DNA from: Nannocystis bainbridge
Lineage (GTDB): Bacteria > Myxococcota_A > Polyangia > Nannocystales > Nannocystaceae
Length of the DNA: 64,000 bases
Assembly: GCF_028368995.1 (NCBI RefSeq)
Contig: NZ_JAQNDL010000001.1
Location: 1,568,001 to 1,632,000, forward strand
Direction of reading: 5' to 3'
Below, piece by piece: positions 34,095-43,041 of this stretch (the stretch's first letter is position 1; each line of letters opens with the position of its first letter). The notes beneath the pieces were generated by a model that was not told the DNA's origin, ran no database searches, and worked only from the letters and a program-made list of their open reading frames with translations. The translations under genes and the position numbers were made by a program.

Positions 34095-34970
34095 TCAGCG
34101 CGAGTCCAGCCGGAACGGTCGGCCGTCGCGGCCCTCGAGCAGCGGCACCAGCTCGGCCACGGTCGCCGGCAGCGCGACCCCCTCGGCCTCCGGCGCGCGC
34201 GTGAGCGGCACCCCGAGCTGGCGCACGGCGGCGGCCGTCTTGCCGCCCAGCTGCCACGCGACGGCCAGCAGGGTCGGAAAATCGACCCCCTCGCAGCGGC
34301 ACTGCTCGAGCGCGCCGGGCAGGCCGTCGAGCAGGACCTGACTGCGCTGGTCGGGCGCGGCGTCGCGGACCGCCTCGAACACCCCGCCGATCGGCGCGCA
34401 GGCCTTCGCGCTCGGCTCCAGCAGCGCCGCCAGCGTGCTCGCCCGCTGCTCGGCGGGCGCGGCGAGCACGGCCTGCACGGCCGGCGGCGTCGACGGCGGC
34501 GCGGGCACCACGTCCCCGGCGACGGCCACGACGAGCGCGACGGTCGTGCCCTCGGGCACCATCCCCGCGACCTCGGCCAGCGCGCGCGCCGGCGCCCCTG
34601 CGTCGGCGGCCAACAGGAGGTGGGCCGACCGCGCCTGACCGGTGTTGCGCGCCAGCTGACCCGCCCGCTCGAGCTCCTCCGCGAGCCGCTCCTGGAGGCC
34701 CGCGGCGGTCAGCGGCTGGGTGTCGAACACATAACCGCCGTCGGCCATGACGAACACCGGCAGGCCGTCTGCCACGGCGACCCCGCGGCTCGACGGCGGG
34801 AACTGCCCGCCCCCTGGCAATTGCAGGACCACCGGCTCGCCCGCGCCCTGGGCGAACTGGGCCCGCATCTGCGCGACCTTGGCGGCGCACTCGCTCACGG
34901 GCGCCTCCGGTGCCACGGCGGACGAGGTGCAGGCGAACAGACAGGCGAGGGCGAGCCATGCGCGCGACAT
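34095..34970 (-). CDS. Lipoprotein containing an ExbD/TolR-like periplasmic domain
   Basis: LFAC lipobox; VFVMADGGYVFD.QPL...LQERL...LLLAADAGAP...LAEV pattern. Confidence 0.6.
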   Translation of the reverse strand: MSRAWLALACLFACTSSAVAPEAPVSECAAKVAQMRAQFAQGAGEPVVLQLPGGGQFPPSSRGVAVADGLPVFVMADGGYVFDTQPLTAAGLQERLAEELERAGQLARNTGQARSAHLLLAADAGAPARALAEVAGMVPEGTTVALVVAVAGDVVPAPPSTPPAVQAVLAAPAEQRASTLAALLEPSAKACAPIGGVFEAVRDAAPDQRSQVLLDGLPGALEQCRCEGVDFPTLLAVAWQLGGKTAAAVRQLGVPLTRAPEAEGVALPATVAELVPLLEGRDGRPFRLDSR

Positions 34971-35239
34971 CCGGCCATGGTAGCGGATCTCGCAGGCCGC
35001 GAGCGCGCGCCCCGGCGGCTCGCCGGTGCCCAACGCGAACCGCCGGGCGCGGAGGAGACGCCTGACCCAAGAGACAGCCTCGCTCGCGCGGCCCCCCGAG
35101 GCGCGGACGAGGACGACGGTTCGGCGACGAGACATCGATCTCGCGGCGACCGGCCCCCGGCGCGCGCCCGGGTCGGCGTCGTCCGACGCGGGGCGGTCGC
35201 GCAGCCGCGCGAGCCGAGGAGGTTGCAGGGGGAGCCTCA

Positions 35240-35277
35240 CCGCATGTCCGCGAGGACATGTCTGTTCGGACATCCGC
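35240..35277. repeat. 14-bp-phased array (3 units) in a divergent intergenic region
   Basis: Cores 35243, 35257, 35271 (catgtcc gcga ggacatgtct gttc ggacatcc). Confidence 0.82.
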
Positions 35278-35328
35278 GCGCGCCCGAGCGCCTGTCGAAC
35301 GGTCCGCGCCTGTGGCATCGTCCCGGCC

Positions 35329-36045
35329 ATGCGTCCCCTCGCCGCCGCCCTCGCCGTCCTGCTGGTCCCGCTCGCCGCCCGCGCCGACATGCTGCCCGAC
35401 GGGCACAAGGGCGTCGAACTGTCCGTGCGCGTCGAGGCCCAGGTCCCGAAGGGCAAGGCGCTGGTGCTGGCCAACACCTTCGAGGGCGGCACCCTCATCG
35501 TCCCCGGCACCGACCAGAAGATCTCGTGGCACCCGCTCGGCGGCGAGATGCAGCTGCGCCTGATCGCCGCCGGCGACACCGATGCGATCAAGGCCGCCGG
35601 CGCCGACCTCGACCGCGACAAGATCAAGCCCCTGCTCGCCGCCGGCGCCGCGTGTGGCCCGACGTTCCCCGGCGTGCGCACGATCGTCGACACCTCGCCC
35701 GCCGTCGAGGTCCGCTGGACCTGGCGCGCCACGATCGACGGCGCCAAGTGCAGCGCCGAGTTGGTCAAGCAGGAGTACCTCGACGCCACCGGCAAGGCCG
35801 TGGGCACCCCGCCGTCGCCCGAGGCGCCCAAGCCCGTGAACGCCCCGCTCGCCGACCCGCCGAAGCCGCCCGACGCTCCCGCTCCGGCCGACAAGACGCC
35901 CGCCCAGGCCCCGGTCCCCGTCAAGGCCGTCGAGCCGCCCGCCAAAGCTCCGGAGTCCGCCAGCGGCTGCGACGCCGGCGGCTCGGCCCCGGGCGGCCTC
36001 GTCGGCCTCGCCCTGGTCCTGTGGCTGCGCCGGCGCCGGGCCTGA
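35329..36045 (+). CDS. Secreted protein with MYXO-CTERM-like sorting signal
   Basis: Signal peptide ARA-D, Pro-rich linker, SGCDAGG..GLVGLALVLWLRRRRA tail. Confidence 0.8.
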   Translation: MRPLAAALAVLLVPLAARADMLPDGHKGVELSVRVEAQVPKGKALVLANTFEGGTLIVPGTDQKISWHPLGGEMQLRLIAAGDTDAIKAAGADLDRDKIKPLLAAGAACGPTFPGVRTIVDTSPAVEVRWTWRATIDGAKCSAELVKQEYLDATGKAVGTPPSPEAPKPVNAPLADPPKPPDAPAPADKTPAQAPVPVKAVEPPAKAPESASGCDAGGSAPGGLVGLALVLWLRRRRA

Positions 36046-36275
36046 TGTCCAACAGGACATGTCCCGAAGTTCTTGTCAACCGCACACGCGCGGCCGCGCC
36101 GGCGCCGGTCCTGATGTCCGCAAGGACATGTCCATAAGTTCATGTCGCCCGCACACGCGCGGCCGCGCCGGCGCGCGATCCGATGTCTTCAAGGACATGT
36201 CTCGAAGCGCAGGTCACCCCCACGCGGACGCCGGGGCGAGCCGGCGCCGCTCCTGATGCCCGCAAGGACATGTCC
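36027..36275. repeat. Higher-order tandem repeat (about 69 bp x 3.6), each unit carrying a 14-bp-phased motif run
   Basis: CATG cores of GGACATGTC at 36058, 36127, 36196 (69-bp period) and 36269; each full unit gcgccggcgcc..cctgatgtcc-N4-ggacatgtcc-N4-..tgtc plus cgcacacgcgcggcc. Confidence 0.9.
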
Positions 36276-36712
36276 CGCCCGGCGGTCGCCGACCAAGCTC
36301 CACCCGCAGCGCCCGGCTCATGGCGAGATCTCGCCCACTCCCGGCGGCGCGGTGCCCTGTCCGCGAGGCCATCTGCACGCCCCGGCTGCTCCGTTCGCGC
36401 CCGCGCGCAGGGTCGGCGGTGACCGCATTCGGCGCCCCGGGAGGGCGAGCTCGCAGCAGCCAGACGCGTGCGCCGCCCTCGTAGCATTGCGACCTCGCCC
36501 CGATGCTCGCCGCTCGCCGACCCACCGCGGCCCGGGCGCCGCCCCCCGCGAACCAGGGGCGGCGGTCGACGATCGGGGGCCGACCGACTCCGCACCGGCC
36601 GGTAGGTCCGGGCGACGCCCCGCGACCGCCCTGTCCTTGCGAGTTCGTAACGCGTAAGTTCGCGCCCGAACGCGCCGGTGGTTTTGCACGCCGGACGAGA
36701 CGACCGAGGAAC

Positions 36713-37738
36713 ATGCGGATCTGCGTCCTTCTCTCCGCCTACGAGGCGTCCCCGATGGTCGAACAGGAGACGACCTACGAGCCGGCGCGCTGGCTGACCG
36801 GCCACGAGGTCGAGGTCGTGACGCTCGGCAAATCGAGCTCCGCCGCGACCCTCCGGCGCCTGGCCGCCCGCGGATTCGACGTGTTCCTCAACCTCTGCGA
36901 CGGCGCGTGGTTCGAGGAAGTCGCCGGCCTCGAGGTCGTCGAGGAGCTCGAGCGGCTCGGCGTCGCCTTCACCGGCCCGACCTCGCGGGCCTACGCGCTC
37001 ACCAAGGCCGACATGAAGCGGACCGCGCTGGCCCTCGGCGTCGCCACCCCGGCCCACGCCTTTGTCACGGCCGACATCGAGGTCGAGCGCGCCGCCCGGT
37101 CGCTGCGCCTGCCGGTCATCGTCAAGCACTTCGACGGCTGCGCCAGCATCGGCCTCACCCCGGAGTCGCGCGTGCGCACGCCCGACGAGCTGCTCGCGCG
37201 GGCCCGCGGCACGATCGACGAGTTCGGCGGCGCGCTGCTCGAGGAGTTCGTCGAAGGCCACGAATACACCGTGCTGGTCGCCGAGAACCCCGACGACCCG
37301 GCGCGGCCGCTGGTGTTCCCGCCGGTGGTCTGCACATTCCCCCCGGGCGAGAGCTTCAAGCACTTCGCCCTCAAATGGCACGAGTACCAGGGCATGCGCT
37401 GGTCCCCGTGCGCCGACCCGCAGCTGGCCGAGCGATTGGTGGCAGCGACGCGGCAGATCTTCCTCGCCACCGACGGCGTCAGCTACGCGCGCTGCGACTT
37501 CCGCGTCGACGCCGACGGCCAGCCCTGGTACCTCGAGATCAACACCTCCTGCGGGATCTTCTACCCGCCCGGCGCCGAGGGCAGCGCCGACATGATCCTG
37601 CAGAACGACCCCACCCTCGGTCACCGCGGGTTCATGGACCACATCCTGCGCTGCGCCCTGCTCCGGGCCCGAAAGCCGGCGCGGAGGCCCCGCCGCGGCT
37701 TCGCGGCGACCTTCTCGCCCGAGCCCGAGCCGGCGTAG
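36713..37738 (+). CDS. D-alanine--D-alanine ligase-like ATP-grasp protein
   Basis: DVFLNLCDG, AFTG, LPVIVK...SIG, EEFVEGHEYTV, YARCDFRVD..G.PW.LEIN. Confidence 0.85.
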   Translation: MRICVLLSAYEASPMVEQETTYEPARWLTGHEVEVVTLGKSSSAATLRRLAARGFDVFLNLCDGAWFEEVAGLEVVEELERLGVAFTGPTSRAYALTKADMKRTALALGVATPAHAFVTADIEVERAARSLRLPVIVKHFDGCASIGLTPESRVRTPDELLARARGTIDEFGGALLEEFVEGHEYTVLVAENPDDPARPLVFPPVVCTFPPGESFKHFALKWHEYQGMRWSPCADPQLAERLVAATRQIFLATDGVSYARCDFRVDADGQPWYLEINTSCGIFYPPGAEGSADMILQNDPTLGHRGFMDHILRCALLRARKPARRPRRGFAATFSPEPEPA

Positions 37739-37788
37739 ACCGTCGACGCTGCGACGGCGCGACGGCCCTCGCCGTCACGCCGCGGCCG

Positions 37789-39330
37789 TCAGCCGCAGGT
37801 CGGCCCGTACGACAGGTCGTTGATGCTGGCCTCGAGGTCCGGCAGCTGCATGTAGTCGTTCGAGCCGTCGAGCGAGATCTGGTACAGCTCGTCGCCGTTG
37901 TTCGAGAACGCCTGCTTCGTCACCGGGTCGAACTCGAGCCCGACCGAATTCCACTGACCCTCGGGGATGTCGGCGACCACCGTGCCCTCGCCGGTCGCGG
38001 GGTCGATGCTGAGGATCCGGCTGTTCTGGCCGTCGGTGACGAGCATGCGCTCGCCGACGCAGTCGACCGCCATGCCGCAGGCCTGGATGTTGACCCCGTT
38101 GCCGCCGGCGGTGATCGGCTTGGCGTCGGTGACCTCGCCGGTGGCCGGGTCGAAGGTGACGAGCTCGTCGGCGTCGGAGTCGACGCCGTAGAGGGTGCCG
38201 TCGTCGAGGAAGCCGAGGCCGCAGATCGATCGCCCGTGGTCGGCCAGCTCGGTCGGGGTGTCGCCGCTGCAGTAGTCGACGACGATGAGGACCTGCTTGG
38301 CCGACTGCGAGCAATAGATGCTGCCGTCGGCCGGGGAGATCGCGCAGGTGATCACCGCGTAGGGCGGCGCCAGCGGGCCGATGTCGACGCTGGCGAACGG
38401 CGTGATGTCGCCGTTCTCGACGTTGACCTCGGCGAACTCGCCGTTGTCGAGCGCGGTGTAGAGCACGCGGTCGCCCGGGTTGATGTCCGCGTTCGAATCA
38501 TAGCAGTCGGAGCCGACATCGACCCCCGGAGGGACGCTGGTGTCGCCCCAGCCGTCGCCGTCCTCGTCCTTCATGCACTTCGTCGGGTCTTCGACCTCGG
38601 CCGAGCCCGGGAAGGTGGCGGCGTCGTCGTCGTCACAGTCGGTCCCGGGCGTCACGTCCGGGTTCATCGGCATGCTCTCGCCCCAGTCGTCGCCGTCGAC
38701 GTCGGTCATGCACGCCATCGCGTCGTCGTTCGGCGCCGCCCCCGGGAAGGTGTGCTCCGAGCCGTCGTCGCAGTCGGTCCCCGGCGTCGCGTCCGGGTCG
38801 TCCGGGGTGCTGTCGCCCCAGCCGTCGCCGTCGAGGTCCTGCATGCAAGCGTCGGGCGGGTCCTCGTTCTCGGCCGCGCCCGGGAAGGTGTTCGGGTCGT
38901 CGTCGGCGCAGTCGTCGTCGTTGGGCACGAACCCGTCCGGCGGGTCCTCGCCGGGCTCCTGCGGCACGCAGTTGGCGGGGTCGCCGAAGCCGTCGCCGTC
39001 CTTGTCCTCGCACCACACCCCGCCCCCGCCGCCGGTGATCGTCTCGCTCTCGCTGTTCGAGTTCGAGTTCGAGTTCGATTCGCTGTTGCTGTTGCTGCCC
39101 TCGGTCGCGCTGCCCTCGGACGCGCTGCCCTCCGTCGGCGCCGACGCCGACCCCTCGGTGTCCGATTCGCTGCCCTCCGTCGCGCCGCTCTCGCTCGCGC
39201 TCGCGGTCAGCCCCGCCGTCATGCACGCCTCGAGCGACTGATTGAACACCGCGCCGTCGTCGACGCACGTGCTCGAACAACCGGGCGCGTGGCACAGCCC
39301 CGCCGCCAGCAACCAACCGAATCGACGCAT
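37789..39330 (-). CDS. Secreted protein with Asp-rich metal-binding repeats (D.DGDG.GD..DCDD..FPGAA) and C-terminal propeller
   Basis: Four DxDGDGxGD/DCDDD..FPG repeats, S/E/N-rich stalk, blade-like repeats. Confidence 0.8.
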   Translation of the reverse strand: MRRFGWLLAAGLCHAPGCSSTCVDDGAVFNQSLEACMTAGLTASASESGATEGSESDTEGSASAPTEGSASEGSATEGSNSNSESNSNSNSNSESETITGGGGGVWCEDKDGDGFGDPANCVPQEPGEDPPDGFVPNDDDCADDDPNTFPGAAENEDPPDACMQDLDGDGWGDSTPDDPDATPGTDCDDGSEHTFPGAAPNDDAMACMTDVDGDDWGESMPMNPDVTPGTDCDDDDAATFPGSAEVEDPTKCMKDEDGDGWGDTSVPPGVDVGSDCYDSNADINPGDRVLYTALDNGEFAEVNVENGDITPFASVDIGPLAPPYAVITCAISPADGSIYCSQSAKQVLIVVDYCSGDTPTELADHGRSICGLGFLDDGTLYGVDSDADELVTFDPATGEVTDAKPITAGGNGVNIQACGMAVDCVGERMLVTDGQNSRILSIDPATGEGTVVADIPEGQWNSVGLEFDPVTKQAFSNNGDELYQISLDGSNDYMQLPDLEASINDLSYGPTCG

Positions 39331-39597
39331 GGAGGCCATGCACCACCGTATCGGCCCCGCCCCAGGCCCGCAAGAGCGCGCCGCGCGGGCGAACGTTCTC
39401 GCGCGAGGTCCACGCGTCACGAGGGGTCACGCCTGTCGCATCGCGCCGGAGATCGGGGTTCCCGATCGACACGCCCCAAGATGGGGACACGGCCCGCTCC
39501 CGAGGCGAGCCTCATGGTCACCGGAGCGACTCCGACACCCAAAGCCGCGACGAACCACACCTGCCCGAAGAGACAGGTTGGAATCGAGGCGAGGCGC

Positions 39598-41334
39598 TCA
39601 CGGGGCCAGCATCGGGTTGCGCGACGCCGGCAGCGTGCGCGTCGCCCCGACCTCCGGCAGCTCGAACGGCGCGGGACCGTGGGCCTCCCACGACCACCAG
39701 GCGAAGCTCGGGTCCTCGAGGTCGCGATCGAAGCGCATCCGCGTCGCCAGCGGCCGGCCCTCGGGCGACACCGCCACGATCTCGACGCTCATCGTGCCCG
39801 ACTCGATGCGCTCGCCGACCCGGAAGCGATCGGCCTCGGCGCGGAACAGGCGGTCGAGCGGGGCGTACAGCCAGCCGCCGTCGGGTCGCAGCTCGAGGGT
39901 GCGCGCGTCGACGCGGGTCACGGTCAGCGCGCCCAGGCCGGCGTACAGATAGCGCAGCTCGGCCGGGAACGGCAGCCCCGCCAATCGCCGCCCGGCCCGC
40001 GCATACAACATCAGCAGATCGCTCGGGGCCCGCAGCAAGACGACCCGTTCGGGCGGCGCGGCGGTCAAGTAGACGTCCGCGGCCCGCGAGGCGAGCCCGT
40101 CGATCTGCGCCAGCGACGTCGCGCGCACCGGCAGCATCACCGCGGACAGCAGCACGTGCAGCACGAACCACCCGCGGCCGAACCACCGCAGCCCGGCGCG
40201 GCGGTCCCCGGTCTCGCGCAGCTCGGCGCACAGCTGCGCCGCGAAGCCGAACACGCCGAAGCCGATCAGCAACAGCTGACGATCGGTCGGCAGCGTCGAT
40301 CCGAGAGGCAACGCGCACAACAGCGTGCCGACCGCCCAGAACCGCAGCGCCGCGCTGCGCCGCAGCTCGGCCCGAAACCACGCCGCCAGGCCCGCGAGCG
40401 TCACCGCGGCGACCAGCGCAGCCGGCAGGAACAGGCCCGGCGCCATGGCGAGCGCCTCGCCGGCGCTGATGAACACCTGCGACCATACGAGGATCAGCCC
40501 GTGCGCGAGCGAGCGGACCAGGAAGCCGGGCTGGTCGCCCGGATCGAAGTAAAACCCGGAATGTGCGGTGCCGTATCCGGCCGCGACGTAGGCGACCCGC
40601 CACGCCACCACCACCGCGGCCGCGGGCAGCAGCGACACCAGCCGCCGGGTCACCGGCCCGCGCTCGATGCACAGGGCATACGCGGCGAGGAACCCGCAGA
40701 CGGCCACCGCGCCCTCGCTGGCGAGCAATCCGAGCAGCAACAGGGCAGGAGCCAGCGCCGCGCCCGGGCGCCAGCCCTCACGCCAGCGCACGTACGCGGC
40801 CAGGCACCCGAGCGCCAGCGTGGCGCCCATCATGCCGTTGCGCGCCGCGAGCCAGCCGACCACCATGCCGTGGCTGTGATCGATCGCGTAAAGCAGCGTC
40901 GCCAGCCCGCAGGCCCAGCGCGCCGGGATCAGCCGGCCGTAGACCCGCGCCGCGACGACCAGCAGCAGCGCGTACCACCCCAGGCTTTGCACGTGCATCC
41001 ACACGGGCTGTCCGGGCCACAGGCGCAGATCGACGAGGTGGGTGACGGCCGCGAGCGGACGCAGGAGCGCGAGTGACATCGCCTCGTGCTTCCACCACGG
41101 CGCGTCGGCGCCGGCGAACAGCGGCGTCGGCCCGCCGAACAGCACGAACAGATCCCCCGGGTCGCCGCCGCCGTCGGCCACGCGGGCCGCCTGCAGCAGG
41201 TCGTCGAGGTTGAGCCCGTTGGCGAGGCTGGGCGCGCAGAGCAACACCCCGAGCAACACCGCGACCCACGTCGCCCCGGGCCGGGCGAGCGCGCGGACGT
41301 ACAGCGGTTCGGTGCTCGCATTCACTCGCTCCAA
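39598..41334 (-). CDS. Polytopic membrane protein, GT-C glycosyltransferase-like
   Basis: TM1 followed by LDD, RPL..., H..VGWLAARN, LLASE; more than 10 TM helices; start uncertain. Confidence 0.7.
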   Translation of the reverse strand: MERVNASTEPLYVRALARPGATWVAVLLGVLLCAPSLANGLNLDDLLQAARVADGGGDPGDLFVLFGGPTPLFAGADAPWWKHEAMSLALLRPLAAVTHLVDLRLWPGQPVWMHVQSLGWYALLLVVAARVYGRLIPARWACGLATLLYAIDHSHGMVVGWLAARNGMMGATLALGCLAAYVRWREGWRPGAALAPALLLLGLLASEGAVAVCGFLAAYALCIERGPVTRRLVSLLPAAAVVVAWRVAYVAAGYGTAHSGFYFDPGDQPGFLVRSLAHGLILVWSQVFISAGEALAMAPGLFLPAALVAAVTLAGLAAWFRAELRRSAALRFWAVGTLLCALPLGSTLPTDRQLLLIGFGVFGFAAQLCAELRETGDRRAGLRWFGRGWFVLHVLLSAVMLPVRATSLAQIDGLASRAADVYLTAAPPERVVLLRAPSDLLMLYARAGRRLAGLPFPAELRYLYAGLGALTVTRVDARTLELRPDGGWLYAPLDRLFRAEADRFRVGERIESGTMSVEIVAVSPEGRPLATRMRFDRDLEDPSFAWWSWEAHGPAPFELPEVGATRTLPASRNPMLAP

Positions 41335-41533
41335 TCGATCTCACGCCGCCGCGCCCCGGGCAAGGGGTGGCCGAGCCTCACAGGTGCCCCCCAGCCACGC
41401 GTAACGCCGTGCTCTCGATGGTTGCGCGCGACAGCCTCGGTGTTGCGCTTCGGCACTCGAACGACGCTCCGCCGGCTCCCCGCGAGCGCGGGGGCCCGGT
41501 GCACCGAGCTCGCCACACCCGGCCCGCCTCACC

Positions 41534-41613
41534 GGACATGGCTCAAAAATTATGCCCGCATGGACATGTCCACTCGAACATGCTCTTCCATGCATGTCCT
41601 TAGGGACATGCAT
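41534..41613. repeat. 14-bp-phased RRRCATGYYY array (6 units, longest simple array)
   Basis: Cores at 41537, 41551 (TATG), 41565, 41579, 41593, 41607. Confidence 0.92.
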
Positions 41614-41757
41614 GTTCTCCGCTCAGCTGGCGCACGCGAGCTCGCCGCCCTGACCATGCCGCCGTCGCTCGTGCTGGCGACCGCTGCTCGCCTGCGCGAC
41701 GGGCCTGCGCCGCGCAGGTCGGTGAGCTCGAGCTACGACCCTTCGCGCCGTGGACGT

Positions 41758-42882
41758 TCACAGGCGACGCACGCGGAAGTCCGGCGAAAAATAATCCTCG
41801 TAGTTCGGGTCGTTACGCCATACCCAGATCTCGTAGGTCCCCGCCGGCAGCTCGAGCGGGTTGTCCTGTTCCCCGATCAAGCCCACCGACTCCGGCGTCG
41901 GCTCCAGGCTGACATCGTCGCCCACCCGCCGCGGAAGAATCGGCAATTCGTCCTCGTCGGCCGGCTCGCTCAGGCAGCGCAGCAAACTAAAGACCCGCCC
42001 GCCAGTCTCGAACGCATAGCGACCGTCCTCCGCCAGCTCGAGCGTCCTCCGATTACGGCCGAAGTCGGTCGAGAGCGCGTACCACCCCCCGGTCGCACAG
42101 GCGCCCGACATCGTCCAGCTCGCCGAGTCGCCCTGCCACTCGATCGGCTCCGCCGTTCCGCACGCGAGACCGCCGGCCCCCGGGTAGTACTGCTTCGAAT
42201 GCTTCGAGTAGTCGTCCATGACAGCTTGCGACGAGCTGCCCAGCACCTCGACGAACAGCGCCGAGATCGCGGCGGGCTGCATACCCCGCGAGCTCCGCAC
42301 GTACAGATCCATGAAGCGCTCGACCCCGTAGGTCTCGATCAGCCAGGCGACGAAGTGCCCGGCCGACGGATACTTCTCCCATGGCACGGCCGCTGCCAGA
42401 TCCTCGACGGTCAGCGGCAGCAGAGTGCGCTGAGCGTTGCCCTGCAGGCGGACCGCGATGCCCTCCTTCAGCAGCGTCAACGGATTGCTGCGAGCCATCG
42501 CCGTCCAGGCGTGCACGATCTCGTGCGCTGCTACCTCGAGGGTCGTGCGCACCACCGGCGACTTGTAACACCCCCTGAGTTCGTGGTCCCGGCCGCAGTC
42601 GGCCCCGATCGCCGCCAGCTCCTCGTCGGCGTACAGATACAGCCACACGTATTCGCGCGAGACCCCGAGCATCGCCTCGATCGCGTCGATCTGCGCCTCC
42701 CAGCCATCCATGACCTCCTGGCACAGCTCGGCCTCGAACGAGGTCCCGATCCGCAGCCGCTCCGTCGCGTAGCGCGGCACGAACGGCGCCTCGACCTCGG
42801 CCTCGCAGGCCGCCGCCGCAATGGCCAGGGCGACCAGCGACCGCTTCGCCGTCCGGGTGATTGACGCCTCATACTCGTGCAT
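41758..42882 (-). CDS. Lipoprotein with HExxH...E gluzincin (peptidase MA-like) domain
   Basis: AAAC lipobox, AHEIVH, LKEGIA, YPSAGHFVAWLIETYG. Confidence 0.75.
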   Translation of the reverse strand: MHEYEASITRTAKRSLVALAIAAAACEAEVEAPFVPRYATERLRIGTSFEAELCQEVMDGWEAQIDAIEAMLGVSREYVWLYLYADEELAAIGADCGRDHELRGCYKSPVVRTTLEVAAHEIVHAWTAMARSNPLTLLKEGIAVRLQGNAQRTLLPLTVEDLAAAVPWEKYPSAGHFVAWLIETYGVERFMDLYVRSSRGMQPAAISALFVEVLGSSSQAVMDDYSKHSKQYYPGAGGLACGTAEPIEWQGDSASWTMSGACATGGWYALSTDFGRNRRTLELAEDGRYAFETGGRVFSLLRCLSEPADEDELPILPRRVGDDVSLEPTPESVGLIGEQDNPLELPAGTYEIWVWRNDPNYEDYFSPDFRVRRL

Positions 42883-43041
42883 AAAAAACCTGCGCCCGCG
42901 CCTCCACGCATACCCGGCAGGCGCCCCCGCGTCGAGCGTCTCGCCCCTCGGCATCGACCCCCTCGCGTCCCGCACAGCCGTGATGACCCCCACGGGCGCC
43001 CGCGTTGACGCGCGCGGGCGCGTACGCGAGCCTGCTCGAAG

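Noticed and set aside
36027-36275. Possible CRISPR array (about 69-bp period with a palindromic repeat)
   Set aside because: The would-be spacers are similar to each other rather than unique, the repeats are degenerate, and there are no cas genes in the window.
36907-41076. 1389-aa plus-strand ORF
   Set aside because: Off-frame or antisense shadow of real genes; Arg/Ala/Gly-rich with no motifs, as expected in high-GC DNA.
41534-41613. The decamer matches the eukaryotic p53 half-site consensus RRRCWWGYYY
   Set aside because: The formal match is real, but I know of no bacterial p53-family protein, and the fixed 4-bp spacer differs from typical p53 elements. Treated as coincidence or convergence.
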